NCBI GenBank assembly: GCA_963844035.1
Contig: CAWJMT010000001.1
Coordinates: 41,344-105,343, forward strand
Origin: an uncultured Gemmatimonadales bacterium
Lineage (GTDB): Bacteria > Gemmatimonadota > Gemmatimonadetes > Gemmatimonadales > GWC2-71-9
Reading direction: 5' to 3'
DNA length: 64,000 nucleotides
Below the pieces are notes generated by a model. The model was not told the origin of the DNA and did not search any database. It worked only from the letters and a program-made list of their open reading frames with translations. How positions within the stretch are numbered: position 1 is the first letter of the stretch; every line of letters begins with the position of its first letter. Positions 53,519 through 63,650 of the stretch are shown piece after piece. The position numbers were made by a program, and so were the translations under genes.

Positions 53519-54456
53519 CCCCCGAGGCACGGAGCCACGAGATCAAGCAGCGCGCCGCGGGGCTGGGGTTCGACGCCGCCGGGATCGCAACCTTGGAGCG
53601 CAACGCGCATGCGGCCGAGCTCGACCGCTGGCTCGCGGCGGGCTATGCCGGGACCATGACGTACCTGCATCGCCAGGCCGCCAAGCGGAAGGAACCCCAG
53701 CGCATCATGCCGGAGGCGACCGCCGCCGTCGTGACGCTCACGAACTATTTTCATCCCGAGAACGTGTCCCCGGATGCCGGCAGAGTCGCGCAGTATGTCG
53801 GGTCGGAGGACTATCACGACGTGCTCGCCGGGCGTCTCGCGCGGCTTGCCGAGGCGATCCGCGATTCGGGATCCGGCATCCGCACCCGCTGTTACGTGGA
53901 CGCGGGGCCCGTGCCGGAGCGCGAGCTCGCGCAACGCGCCGGTCTCGGGTGGATCGGCAAGAACATGATGCTCATCCACCCGCGGCTTGGATCCTTCACC
54001 TTCATCGGCGTGGTCCTCACCGACGCGGCCGTCGCGCCGGACTTACCGTTCGAGGCCGATCGCTGCGGCTCGTGCCGCCGGTGCCTGGATGCCTGCCCTA
54101 CGGGTGCGTTCCTCGAGCCGCACCTGATGGACGCCCGGCGCTGCATCTCCTATCTCACGATCGAGCACCGGGGCGACTTCACGCCGCCCGAGCAGAGCAT
54201 GGTCTCCGACTGGCTGTTCGGTTGCGACGACTGCCAGGACGTGTGCCCCTGGAACGTGACCTTCGCCCGCCCCGCCCACGACCCCGAGCTCACGCGCCGT
54301 CCCGACCTGGCGAGCCTCGAGCTCGGCGCCCTCGACGCGATGCCACCGCTCGAGTTCGAGCGCCGGTTTGGGACGACGCCGTTCGCGCGGGCCGGTCACT
54401 CGGGGATGCGGCGCAACGCAGCCGCGGTGCGCGCGAATCGGGCTGCCCATGAGTGA
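53515..54456 (+). CDS. queG: tRNA epoxyqueuosine reductase
   Basis: 'DYH', 'VDAGPVPERE', 'GWIGKN', CxxCxxC..CP, 'CISYLTIE', 'FGCDDCQDVCPWN'. Confidence 0.93.
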   Translation: MTPEARSHEIKQRAAGLGFDAAGIATLERNAHAAELDRWLAAGYAGTMTYLHRQAAKRKEPQRIMPEATAAVVTLTNYFHPENVSPDAGRVAQYVGSEDYHDVLAGRLARLAEAIRDSGSGIRTRCYVDAGPVPERELAQRAGLGWIGKNMMLIHPRLGSFTFIGVVLTDAAVAPDLPFEADRCGSCRRCLDACPTGAFLEPHLMDARRCISYLTIEHRGDFTPPEQSMVSDWLFGCDDCQDVCPWNVTFARPAHDPELTRRPDLASLELGALDAMPPLEFERRFGTTPFARAGHSGMRRNAAAVRANRAAHE

Positions 54457-54769
54457 GCCGCTGCCGCTGGCGAGCGACTTCCTCACGGAGCTGCAGCGGC
54501 ACGTGGCCGAGGGGCTCGCGAAAATCGACCCGCACCATCGCCTGCTCGGCCGGCCGGTCGGATACCGCATCATCGCCGGTCAGGCGGTCGAGATCACGTT
54601 CCGTGACGTTCCGGGAATCGCCGAAGCGGAACTGCTCGGCCTCAAGCGACTCATCGGCACCGAGTGCTTCTGCACGGTATCCCCACAGACGGCGGAGAGC
54701 GTGATGGTGCGCCTCGTCGTGCCGCGTCGCCCTGATATCATTTCCGCGAAACGCGCCGCCGCGGGCTAG
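54449..54769 (+). CDS. Hypothetical protein
   Basis: 106-aa ORF overlapping the queG stop, GC3-rich codons. Confidence 0.6.
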   Translation: MSEPLPLASDFLTELQRHVAEGLAKIDPHHRLLGRPVGYRIIAGQAVEITFRDVPGIAEAELLGLKRLIGTECFCTVSPQTAESVMVRLVVPRRPDIISAKRAAAG

Positions 54770-55765
54770 AGGGCGCGCGATTCTCCGGGGGTGAGGAGCC
54801 ACAGGTCCTCCGGCTCGAGCCCCGCGTCCTGCCAGGCCCGGCGCGCCCGCGCCGGCGGTTCGGCCATCGGCTCATCAGTGAGCTTGAAGGTCCCCCAATG
54901 CATCGGCGACCATCACGGCCGGCCGGCCGGGAACGGGAGGGCGACTGCGTTGGAGATCCTGGAACGCCTGAACGGCTTCCTCGGGGTTCATATGGACCGG
55001 TCGCATGAACCAGCGCGGCTCGTAGGCACCGATCGGCAGCAACGCGGCGTGAAATGGCCCGAAGCGATCGCCGATCGCCGCGAACTCCGGGTGGTACCCT
55101 GAGTCCCCCGCGAAGAACAGCTGTCGCGCCGGCGCCGCGAGGCTCCAGCCGCACCACAGGGTGCGGTTGCGATCGCGGAAGCCGCGCGCGCTGAAGTGCT
55201 GGGCCGGCGTGCACCCGAGCGCGAGCGACCCGAGTCGTGTCTCTTCCCACCAATCGAGCTCCAGGACATCGCGTGCGCCGCGCCGACGGAGGAATGGCGC
55301 GACGCCGAGCGGCGCGAGCCAACGAGCACCGGGATGATGCGCTGCCAGGCGGCGCACGGTACTGTCGTCGAGATGGTCGTAGTGGTTGTGGGACACCAGC
55401 ACCAGGTCGATCGGCGGGAGTGCATCAAACGGAATTCCCGGCGGCGTCCAGCGGCGCGGACCGGCGAAGCGGACCGGGGACGCGCGCTCACTCCACATCG
55501 GGTCCGTGAGCACGTGCGAGCCGCCGATCTGGATCAGGAACGTCGAATGGCCGATCCATGTGAGCGCGATTTGATCGACTGTGGCATGCGGGCGCGCGAC
55601 GATCGCGGGGGCGGCCGCAACGATCCGCGGTGCGGGATCGCGAGGGCGCGGCCGCAGCCAGCGATCAACCAGCTGCCATTTGAGGAGACCCCGCAGGCCC
55701 TGGAGTGCCCCGCCGGGCCATGGGTTGCGAAATCCGCCGCGGGGGTCGTGGTGTGGTTTCGTCAC
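54766..55765 (-). CDS. MBL-fold metallohydrolase, NAPE-PLD/RomA-like (frameshift near 54905)
   Basis: 'WIGHST', 'SHNHYDHLD', 'PAQHFS', 'FAGDSG', 'PIGAY'; shifted frame 'HWGTFKLTDEP'. Confidence 0.9.
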
Positions 55766-55784
55766 GCGGCGGCGCGACCGAGAC

Positions 55785-56537
55785 TCACAGACCGGTGGGG
55801 TGGTCGAGAAACGTCCAGGGGAGGCGGAATTTCGCGCTGACGTGCTCGGCGAGCGCCTTCACTCCCACCGTCTCGGTCGCGTAGTGCCCGGCGTAGAACA
55901 CGTTCAGCTTCAACTCTTCGGCGTCAAAGTAGGTGTGGTGCGCACCCTCGCCCGTGATGAAGGTGTCGAGTCCGGCTAGGCATGCGTCCGCGATCATCGA
56001 GCCCCCCGCACCGGTGATGATGCCGACACGACGCACGCCCGACGGTCCGAACGGCATCAGCCGCGGGACGGGACCCAGCACCGCGGCGATCCGGTCCCGC
56101 AACGTGTCCCGGTCGATCGTCAGCTCCCCCCACACGCCGATCGGCACGCCTTCGTGCATCCCGAACTCGCCGCGCACGGCGATGTCCAGCGCCCGGGCCA
56201 GCACGGCATTGTTGCCGACGTCCGGATGGCGATCGAGCGGCAGGTGGGCACTGTAGAGCGCGATGTTGTTGCGCACGAGCCCGGCCACGCGGCGTTGCCT
56301 GGGGCCAACCAGCGGTCGCAGGCCGGACCAGAACAGCCCATGATGGACCAGCAGCAGATCCGCCCCCTGGGCCGCCGCGAGCTGCACGGTGGCCTCGCAC
56401 AGGTCGACCGCGGCCGCGATGCGAGTCACCTCCCCCGCATTCTCGACCTGCAGTCCGTTCAAGGCGTTGGCGTAGTCCGGCACCTCCCGGATGCGGAGAT
56501 AGGCATCCAGGTAGCTCACGAGTTCAGCGAGTCGCAC
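55785..56537 (-). CDS. Nif3-like dinuclear metal centre protein
   Basis: 'NGLQV', 'VHHGLFW', 'HLPLD', 'ITGE', 'GHYATE'. Confidence 0.93.
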   Translation of the reverse strand: MRLAELVSYLDAYLRIREVPDYANALNGLQVENAGEVTRIAAAVDLCEATVQLAAAQGADLLLVHHGLFWSGLRPLVGPRQRRVAGLVRNNIALYSAHLPLDRHPDVGNNAVLARALDIAVRGEFGMHEGVPIGVWGELTIDRDTLRDRIAAVLGPVPRLMPFGPSGVRRVGIITGAGGSMIADACLAGLDTFITGEGAHHTYFDAEELKLNVFYAGHYATETVGVKALAEHVSAKFRLPWTFLDHPTGL

Positions 56538-56716
56538 CAGGATCTCCTATGGACAGCATTGAGACAGCATCAAGGCATGCTGATGACATCAACCGGACGC
56601 GCTCGCGAGATTCCCACACGGGCATGGCTCGTAACGTAATGATTTGCTTGATGATAGAGAATCCACATGACTGAAACGTCGCCATGTGGATAATTCCGGC
56701 GCGGGTGGCGCCGTTG

Positions 56717-57134
56717 CTAGTACGACCCGGCCGGGGTGGCGACGGCCGGCTTCGGCGGCTCGGGGAGCCCGGCATCCTCACCCATGCGCACGACGCCGTT
56801 GATCTCCCCGCCTTCATGGATCAGCAGCCGGCGGCTGGCGATGTCCCCGTGCACGACGCTGGTGGCCTGAATCTCGACGCGCTCCTCCGCGACCACGGTG
56901 CCCGCGCACCTCACCGCCGATAATCGCTTCGCGGGTGACAACGTCGCCCTCGACCTCGCCCCCTTTGGCGACGAGGACCTGCCGGCCCGCGCGCACCGTG
57001 CCGACGACGGTGCCTTCGATCTTCACGACGCCGTCCGCCGTGATGTCGCCCACCACCCGCATGCCGGGGCCGATGATCGACAGCGCACCCTGCGATTCGG
57101 CGCCGTTCTGTCCCTTTTCGGTGAAGATGGCCAT
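56717..57134 (-). CDS. Bactofilin (polymer-forming cytoskeletal protein; frameshift near 56905)
   Basis: 'SIIGPGMRVVGDI..GVVKIEG..G.V.GDV', 'VHGDI..L.IHEGG..NG'. Confidence 0.88.
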
Positions 57135-57135
57135 G

Positions 57136-58087
57136 TCAATTCTCCCGTTTCACCATCGTGAGCGGATCGACCGGTTTCCCATCGAGTCGAATTTCGAAAT
57201 GCAGGTGCGGCGCGGTCGAGTGTCCCGAGCTCCCGGAGAGTGCGATCACCTGCCCCGCCTGCACCGAATCACCCTCTCGCACCAGCAGCCGCGACGCGTG
57301 GCCATACAGCGTCTCATAGTGCCCAGGATGTTGCAAGAGCACAAACAGCCCAAACGCGGAATCGGTCCCCGCCTTCTCCACCACGGCACCCCCCGCCGCG
57401 CGCACGGGCGTCCCCAGGGGCACTGCAATATCGATCCCGGAGTGCGATTCCGCCGGGTCGCCGGGTTTCACTTCGCCGCGCGTCACGAACCCCGCCGCGT
57501 CCAGCGGCCAGCGCAGGGACGTTGACGATTCCGGCGCCTTGCGTGGCGGAGGACAGTCCCAGTCCCTGCCGGGCCGACGTCGGTGCCGGTGCCGGTGCCG
57601 GTGCCGGTGCTGGAGTCGGTCGGTGCCCGAGTCGGTGCCGGCGCCGGAGTCGGTGTCGGGCCGGTGCCGGGGCACGGAGTCGAGGTCGAAGGCGGAACAG
57701 GAGCCGCGGCGGGAATGCTCGCCCGCAGCGCCACGGCGCGCATCATGTCCGCCTCGGGCTTCGGCGCCGCAGGCGCCGCGCCCGCGCGGCGCGCCGAGCA
57801 GCTGCCGCAGCTCCTGATAGTTCGCCTCCGCCCGGCTCAGCGCCTGCGCGAGCTGCTTGGACGCGACCATTCTCCTGGCGCAGACGCGCGACTTCGCGTT
57901 CCAGTCCCGGTACGCGCGCGGCCGCGTAGGTCAGCGGCTCCGCGAACGCGAAGAACAACACTACCAGCAGAGCGACCGTGACGGCACTCCACTTCCCTGC
58001 CTCGAACGACCAGAGCGGCAGGTGATACTTCTTCGTGCTGGGATCGCCGTCGATGTGGACGACGATCGTGACGCCGCGCGGCTTCAT
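57136..58087 (-). CDS. M23 family metallopeptidase with TM, coiled coil and Pro/Thr-rich linker (frameshifted)
   Basis: N-terminal TM; 'HSGIDI', 'YGH', 'SGSSGHSTAPHLHFEI'; ATGA overlap with parB. Confidence 0.85.
57581..57681. repeat. Hexamer (CGGTGC-type) low-complexity coding repeat in the M23 linker
   Basis: cggtgccggtgccggtgccggtgccggtgc and variants. Confidence 0.7.
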
Positions 58088-58968
58088 CCGTCGAACGGCG
58101 CGCCCAGTACGAGCTCGAGCAGGCGAGCCAGATCGTCGTTGGAGTAGAACGCGATGTGGATCTGCCCCTTCCCTTTCGCTCGCAGCGTGACGCGCACGTC
58201 GGTCCCGAGGCGGCGACGCAGCGCGTCTTCGACGCGGCGCACCTCGGGCGCCTGACCGACGCCGCGTTTGAGACGCGGACGGCGGACGGGTGCGCGCCCG
58301 CCCCGCACGCGATCCTCGATCTCGCGCACCGAAAAGCCCTGCGCCACCGCTTCCCGCGCGAGCATGCGCGCAGCGCGCGGGTCCTCGACCGCCAGCAACG
58401 CGCGGGCGTGCCCCACCGACAGGTGACCCTCGTGCAGCATCGTGAGCACGGCGGCGGGCAGCTTGAGGAGTCGGAGCGCGTTCGCCACCGTGGATCGGTC
58501 GCGCCCGACGGCGTCCGCGACGTCCTGTTGCGCCAGACTGAATTCCGCGAGCAGCCGCTCATAGCCGCGCGCTTCGTCCACGGGCGACAAGTCGTCTCGC
58601 TGCAGGTTTTCGATGAGGGCGAGCGTCAGGGCGGTGCGATCGTCGACTTCCCGCTTGACGGCGGGGATGCGCTCCCAGCCGAGCGCCTGGCACGCCCGCA
58701 GCCTCCGCTCGCCGGCGATCAGCTCGTATCCGCCACCGCTCGGTCGGACGACGATCGGCTGCAGCAGCCCGGCCTGACGGATGGACGCCTTGAGCTCCTC
58801 GAGTGCAGCGGGGTCGACGTCCTGACGCGGCTGGAACGGATTCGGGCGGATATCGACGACCGCCAACTCGACCAGGCTGCCGTCGCGCTCGGCGTCCTCG
58901 CGGGTGGGGCCGAGCAGGGCCTCGAGCCCCCGGCCGAGCCGGCGGCGTCCAACGGTGACTTCGGTCAT
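58084..58968 (-). CDS. parB: Chromosome partitioning protein ParB
   Basis: 'LGRGLEALL', 'NPFQPR', 'AGERR', 'ENLQR', HTH '[12 protein letters not shown]'. Confidence 0.96.
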   Translation of the reverse strand: MTEVTVGRRRLGRGLEALLGPTREDAERDGSLVELAVVDIRPNPFQPRQDVDPAALEELKASIRQAGLLQPIVVRPSGGGYELIAGERRLRACQALGWERIPAVKREVDDRTALTLALIENLQRDDLSPVDEARGYERLLAEFSLAQQDVADAVGRDRSTVANALRLLKLPAAVLTMLHEGHLSVGHARALLAVEDPRAARMLAREAVAQGFSVREIEDRVRGGRAPVRRPRLKRGVGQAPEVRRVEDALRRRLGTDVRVTLRAKGKGQIHIAFYSNDDLARLLELVLGAPFDG

Positions 58969-59788
58969 GCGGGCACCTCGGGCAGCGGTTCAACGGCGGG
59001 CGGGGCAGGGGATTCCGCCCGTTCGACGCGAGCGATCAGCTCCTGCGCCACCGCGAGGTAGCTCCGGGCGCCGACCGACTGGACGTCGTACAGGAGGATC
59101 GGCTTGCCGAAGCTCGGCGCTTCGGCCAGCCGCACGTTGCGCGGAATCGTGATGCTGAACATGCGCGGTCCGAAATACTCCTTCGCCTCCTCCGCCACCT
59201 GCTTGCAGAGGTTGAGCCGCGCGTCGTACATCGTGAGCAGCACTCCATCGATCGCCAACGTGGGATTGAAGTTCCGTTGGACGAGCTTGATCGTGTTGAG
59301 CAGCTGCGAGAGGCCTTCGAGCGCGTAGTACTCGCACTGGATCGGAATGACGACGCTGTCGGCGGCCGTCAGCATGTTCAGGGTGATGAGACCGAGCGAC
59401 GGCGGGCAGTCGATGATCACGTACTGGTACTGCTCGCGGATGTCGCGCAGCGCGCGCCGCATGGCCATCTCGCGCCCTTTGCGATTCACCAGCTCGAGCT
59501 CGGCACCCACCAGGTCCTGCGTGGAGGGAATGAGATCGAGGTAGGGGAAGTGGACGTGCGCGAAGCGCGCGTCCTCGAGCGGCCGGTTCGTCCATGAGCG
59601 CGTCGTACAGCGAGTAGCGAATGCGGTCGCGCTCGATGCCGACGCCGCTCGTCGAGTTCGCCTGGGGATCGGCATCGATGAGCAGCGTCTTCCGCTCCGC
59701 GGTGGCGAGCGAGGCGGCGAGGTTCACGGCGGTGGTCGTCTTGCCGACGCCGCCCTTCTGATTGGCGATCGCGATTACGCGACGACAT
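58965..59788 (-). CDS. parA: ParA/Soj ATPase (frameshifts near 59780 and 59580)
   Basis: '[11 protein letters not shown]', 'DADPQAN', 'DCPPSLG', 'QCEYYALEG', '[13 protein letters not shown]'. Confidence 0.95.
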
Positions 59789-59790
59789 TC

Positions 59791-59817
59791 GTAAGTTATT
59801 GTATTATAATGACTTAC
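59791..59817. promoter_or_regulatory. AT-rich palindrome containing the parA -10 box
   Basis: gtaagttattgta-t-tataatgacttac (11/13 complementary); minus-strand TATAAT at 59803-59808. Confidence 0.6.
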
Positions 59818-59878
59818 ATATGAGTTCTGCATTGCGGATAGAAATATACCGCAGCGGGACCGCGCTTGTAAAGAGGGA

Positions 59879-59894
59879 AGTTTCACGTGAAACA
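59879..59894. promoter_or_regulatory. parS: parS centromere-like site
   Basis: AGTTTCACGTGAAACA, 15/16 match to TGTTTCACGTGAAACA, about 90 bp upstream of parA. Confidence 0.92.
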
Positions 59895-59933
59895 GCGGAG
59901 GCGAGATCCCTTAACCAATTGGATTACGACGTG

Positions 59934-61810
59934 TTACGCAACGGAACGGCGCCGGCGAAACGCCTCGACCACCAAGTTGTGAAGATCGCTCGGGGAAACG
60001 CCAGGAACGCGGGCCGCTTGCGCCAGCGTCGCGGGACGAACGCCGCTGAGTTTCTGTCGCGCCTCGGTCGCCAGACTCTGCAGCTCGAGGTAGGGCAGGT
60101 CGGCGGGCAGCTCGAACGACGCCATCTCGGCCAGGCGGCTGGCCGCCTCGCGCTCGCGCGCGAGGTAGCCCGCGTACTTGATCTCGATCTCCACGGCGGC
60201 GAGCGCGTCGTCGCTCGCGTCCACCGAGATGCCCGCGGCCTCGAGCAGCGCACGCAACGAAACTCCCGGACGCCGCGCGACCGCCGCTACGCGATCGGGC
60301 TCCAGCCAGGCTCGTTCCCGATGCCGCCAGCGCCGGCGCTGCCTGCGCGGGTGTGATCGTCGTTGCCTGCGCCGTCTCGAGCAGCCGCTCTTCAGCGCGC
60401 AGCCGCTGCTCCGCCAGCACGCAGCTCAGCATGCGGTGAGCAGCCCCAGCCGCTCCGCCAGCGGCACGAGCCGGCGCAGCGCGTTGTCCTGGCGCAGCAG
60501 CAAGCGAAACTCGGAGCGCGACGTGAACAGGCGATACGGCTCGTCGACGCCGCGCGTGACGAGGTCGTCCACGAGCACGCCGATGTAGGCGTCGTCCCGT
60601 CCCAGAATCACCGGCTCCTGCACCGCGCAGCCGTCGAACCACGTTGATCCCCGCCACCGCTCCCTGACCCGCCGCCTCTTCGTATCCCGTCGTGCCGTTG
60701 ATCTGACCCGCGAAGAACAGATGCTCGACCGCCTTGGTCTCGAGCCACGGCGTGAGCTGGGTCGGGGGATAGTAGTCGTACTCGATCGCGTAGCCCGGCG
60801 CGCGTCATCGCGGCCCGCTCGAGACCCGGCACCGCGTGCAGCAGCTCGAGCTGCACGGGGACGGGCAGGGACGTGGAGAGCCCGTTCACGTACAGCTCAT
60901 GCGTATCGAGCCCCTCCGGCTCGAGGAACATCTGATGGCGCTCCGCGGCGGGAAACTTGACGATCTTGTCTTCGATGGACGGGCAGTAGCGCGGGCCTCG
61001 CGCGCTGATCGCGCCGCCGTACATCGCCGACTCGTGGATGTGCCGCTGAATGATTTCCTTCACCGCGCGGCCCGGCCCACGTGATCCAACAGGGGAGCTG
61101 GCGCGGCAGCGCGTCCCGATCGAACGATGAGAATCGGTAGTCCCCGCCGTCTCCGTCCTGGCGCTCTACCTTCGACCAATCCACCGTTCGCCCATCGATG
61201 CGCGGCGGCGTGCCCGTCTTGAAGCGCGACACTGTAAGTCCAATCGCTTCAATATGTTGCGCAATTGCTACGGCCGGCTGATCTCCCGCCCGGCCGGCCG
61301 GAATCTCCGTGTCGGTACCGAGGTGAATGCGGCCACGCAGGAACGTGCCAGCCGTGATCACGACGGCGCGAGACGTAAGCCGCCGCCCATCGGCGAGCTC
61401 GACGCCGCCCAGCGTTGCTCCTTCCAGGATCAGACGCGTGACCATGCCCTGCGTCAACTCGAGACCCGGCGACGCTCTTCGAGCAGCGCGCGAACCGCGC
61501 GGCGGTACAGCGTGCGGTCGCATTGAGCGCGGGGTGCCCAGACCGCCGGGCCCTTGGAGCGGTTGAGCATCCGAAACTGGATCATGGCCCGATCAGTCGC
61601 GCGGCCCATGACGCCGCCGAGCGCGTCGACCTCACGCACAACCGTGCCCTTGGCAATGCCGCCGATCGCAGGATTGCAGCTCATCTGACCGATGGTATCG
61701 AGGTTCGACGTGAGGAGCAGAACGCGCGCACCCAGCCGCGCGGCCATGACGGCGGCCTCGGAGCCGGCGTGGCCGGCGCCGACAACGATTACTTCATAGT
61801 CAACAGGCAT
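59934..61810 (-). CDS. mnmG: tRNA uridine-5-carboxymethylaminomethyl synthesis enzyme (several frameshifts)
   Basis: '[12 protein letters not shown]', 'MSCNPAIGG', 'FKTGTPPR', '[11 protein letters not shown]', '[10 protein letters not shown]', '[11 protein letters not shown]', 'IKYAGY'. Confidence 0.95.
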
Positions 61811-61828
61811 GGGGAGGAAACTAGACAA

Positions 61829-61866
61829 CTAGGCGCATAGTCGCATAGACGCGCAGCGGACAACAG
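61829..61866. repeat. Left arm of the inverted repeat around the four-helix-bundle gene
   Basis: ctaggcgcatagtcgcatagacgcgcagcggacaacag; complementary to 62335-62372 at 32/38 positions. Confidence 0.85.
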
Positions 61867-61872
61867 GGGGAG

Positions 61873-62255
61873 TCAACGGGATTGGAGGGCTTCCCCGCGG
61901 TCCCGCTGATCTTCCGCATCAGACCGAACAGCGTCTTGCCCGTCTCGGTCGCGAGCGCTTCGAGTCGCCCGAACTCAGCGGGCCGCAAGTAGCCCGACGT
62001 CGCGCGCGATGGCCAAGGCGGATCTCAACCTCCGCCAATGAGCCCCACGCGATGTCGAGGTAGCGGCGATACTCCCGCGTCCCCTTCCTGGCGCGATCCT
62101 TCCGCGATGTTGAGGGGGATGCTGTACGCAGCTCGTCGTAGCTGGTCGGCGAGCACGCTCTGCTCGCAGTCAGGGAATGCCTGGGCGGCCTTGGAGCACT
62201 CGACCGCGAGTCGCTCCGCGTGCTGCCAGGCCTTGAGCGTGTGATGGATCGGCAT
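61873..62255 (-). CDS. Four helix bundle protein (23S rRNA IVP / bAvd-like; frameshifted; stop near 61873 or at 61821)
   Basis: 'LKAWQ..LA..FP..E...LADQLRRAAYSIPLNIAEG', 'EYRRYLDIAWGSLAEVE', 'IARDVGY', 'KTLFGLMR'. Confidence 0.88.
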
Positions 62256-62334
62256 GGTTCTGCACAATCGCTACGAGGAGCACTGGGGACCCAACCATTC
62301 GCCCGCACTGCGAACCATTCCTACTCACTCACAA

Positions 62335-62372
62335 CTGTTCACCGCTGTGCGTCTATGCGCCTGTGCGTCTAG
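62335..62372. repeat. Right arm of the inverted repeat around the four-helix-bundle gene
   Basis: ctgttcaccgctgtgcgtctatgcgcctgtgcgtctag; 8-nt periodic (ctgtgcgt/ctatgcgc/ctgtgcgt). Confidence 0.85.
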
Positions 62373-62386
62373 CTCTGTGCATTTCC

Positions 62387-63650
62387 TTACGCTTCTTTGA
62401 CCCACCGCACCAGTTCCCTCAGACTGGGCCGCTTTCCCGTCATCAGAATCCCCACGCGGTAGATCCGCGCGGCGACCCACGTGGCGCCGACGATCCCCAC
62501 CGCGAGCAGCACAAGCGATGCCGCGAGCTCCACCGCCGGGAGGTCGCCGGCTGCCCAGCGGACCGGCATGGCGATCGGCGACGTGAAGGAATCAGCGAGA
62601 GCGTCACGGCCAGGACCGACTCAGGATCGTTGAGCAGGGCGAACATGGAGAGGAACGCGACAACGAGCAGGTACACGAATCGGTTGCTGTGCTTGCTGAG
62701 CCTCTTGTTCGCTCGACGACATCGCTCCCACGGCGGCGAACATCGCGGAGTACAGGAAAAAGCCGCCGATGAAGTAGGCGAGGAAGATGAGAACGGTCGC
62801 GCCCGACACATGCGGAATCTGGAACAGGGGCTCCGGCGTATCGAACGCGCTCCACCGCCCTCCGAGCGCCGATCCCACGCCGAGCAGTACCTTCGCGGCA
62901 ATGCCCCACAGCAGGAATTGGAACAGCGACACCGCCCCGACGCCGAGGACCTTGCCGAGCAGCAATTGAAACGGGTGAATCGACGATACCAGTACCTCGA
63001 CGATCCGCGTCGTTTTTTCTTCGAGCACGGAGCTCTTGACGTTCACGCCGTACATCACAATCGCCATGTAGAGGATCACGGCCATGAAGTACGCGAGCGA
63101 GAACGATTGCGCCGCGCTTTCTCCCGTGGCATGCGAACCGGACACCTTGGTGGTGGTAGGGGTGATGCCTTGCCGCGCCCGCGTCAGCACGTCCGGATCG
63201 ACGCCCGCCCGCTCGAGCCGGGCCGCCGTGACGACGGTCGACAGCGTGGTCTCGAGCTCGCGGATATCGCGCAACGACGAGACATTGGACGCCCGGTACT
63301 CCGCGACCCCGCTCGTCACAACGTCCTCCCCCAGGATGAGCACGCCGTCGAGCCGCTTGGCGCCGACTTCGAGCATCAGCGAATCCAGCACGCCCTGGCG
63401 CCCACCCGTACTGGCCCCGGAGCGCGGGGCCGGCGTTCGGGCGGCGGTCACGCGCGCGCCGAAGTCCGCGTCGTGCCGTCCACCACCGCGATCTGCTTGG
63501 TTCCGCCGGACGAGGCGAGGATGGCCGGCAACAGAAACACCGCGGCGAAGAAAATCGGGCCGAGGAGCGTCGACAACCAGAACCACTTGCGCCGCACGCG
63601 CTCGAGAATTCCCGCCGGACCACGGCCCAGACTTTACGCACGCGCCGCAT
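62387..63650 (-). CDS. ABC-2 type transporter permease (NatB/YhaP-like; frameshifted)
   Basis: 'VWAVVRREF', 'SVLEEKTTRIVEVLVSS', 'LLLGKVLG', 'AARIYRVGILMTGKRP'. Confidence 0.88.

Noticed and set aside
56538..56716. Lower-GC intergenic stretch as an ncRNA or small gene
   Set aside because: Only a short gacagcat direct repeat; no supportable structure or coding signal
59789..59933. oriC itself
   Set aside because: Too short and lacks recognisable DnaA-box clusters; only parS and promoter features are supported
61873..62255. Diversity-generating retroelement (Avd-like gene)
   Set aside because: No reverse transcriptase and no template/variable repeat pair in the window
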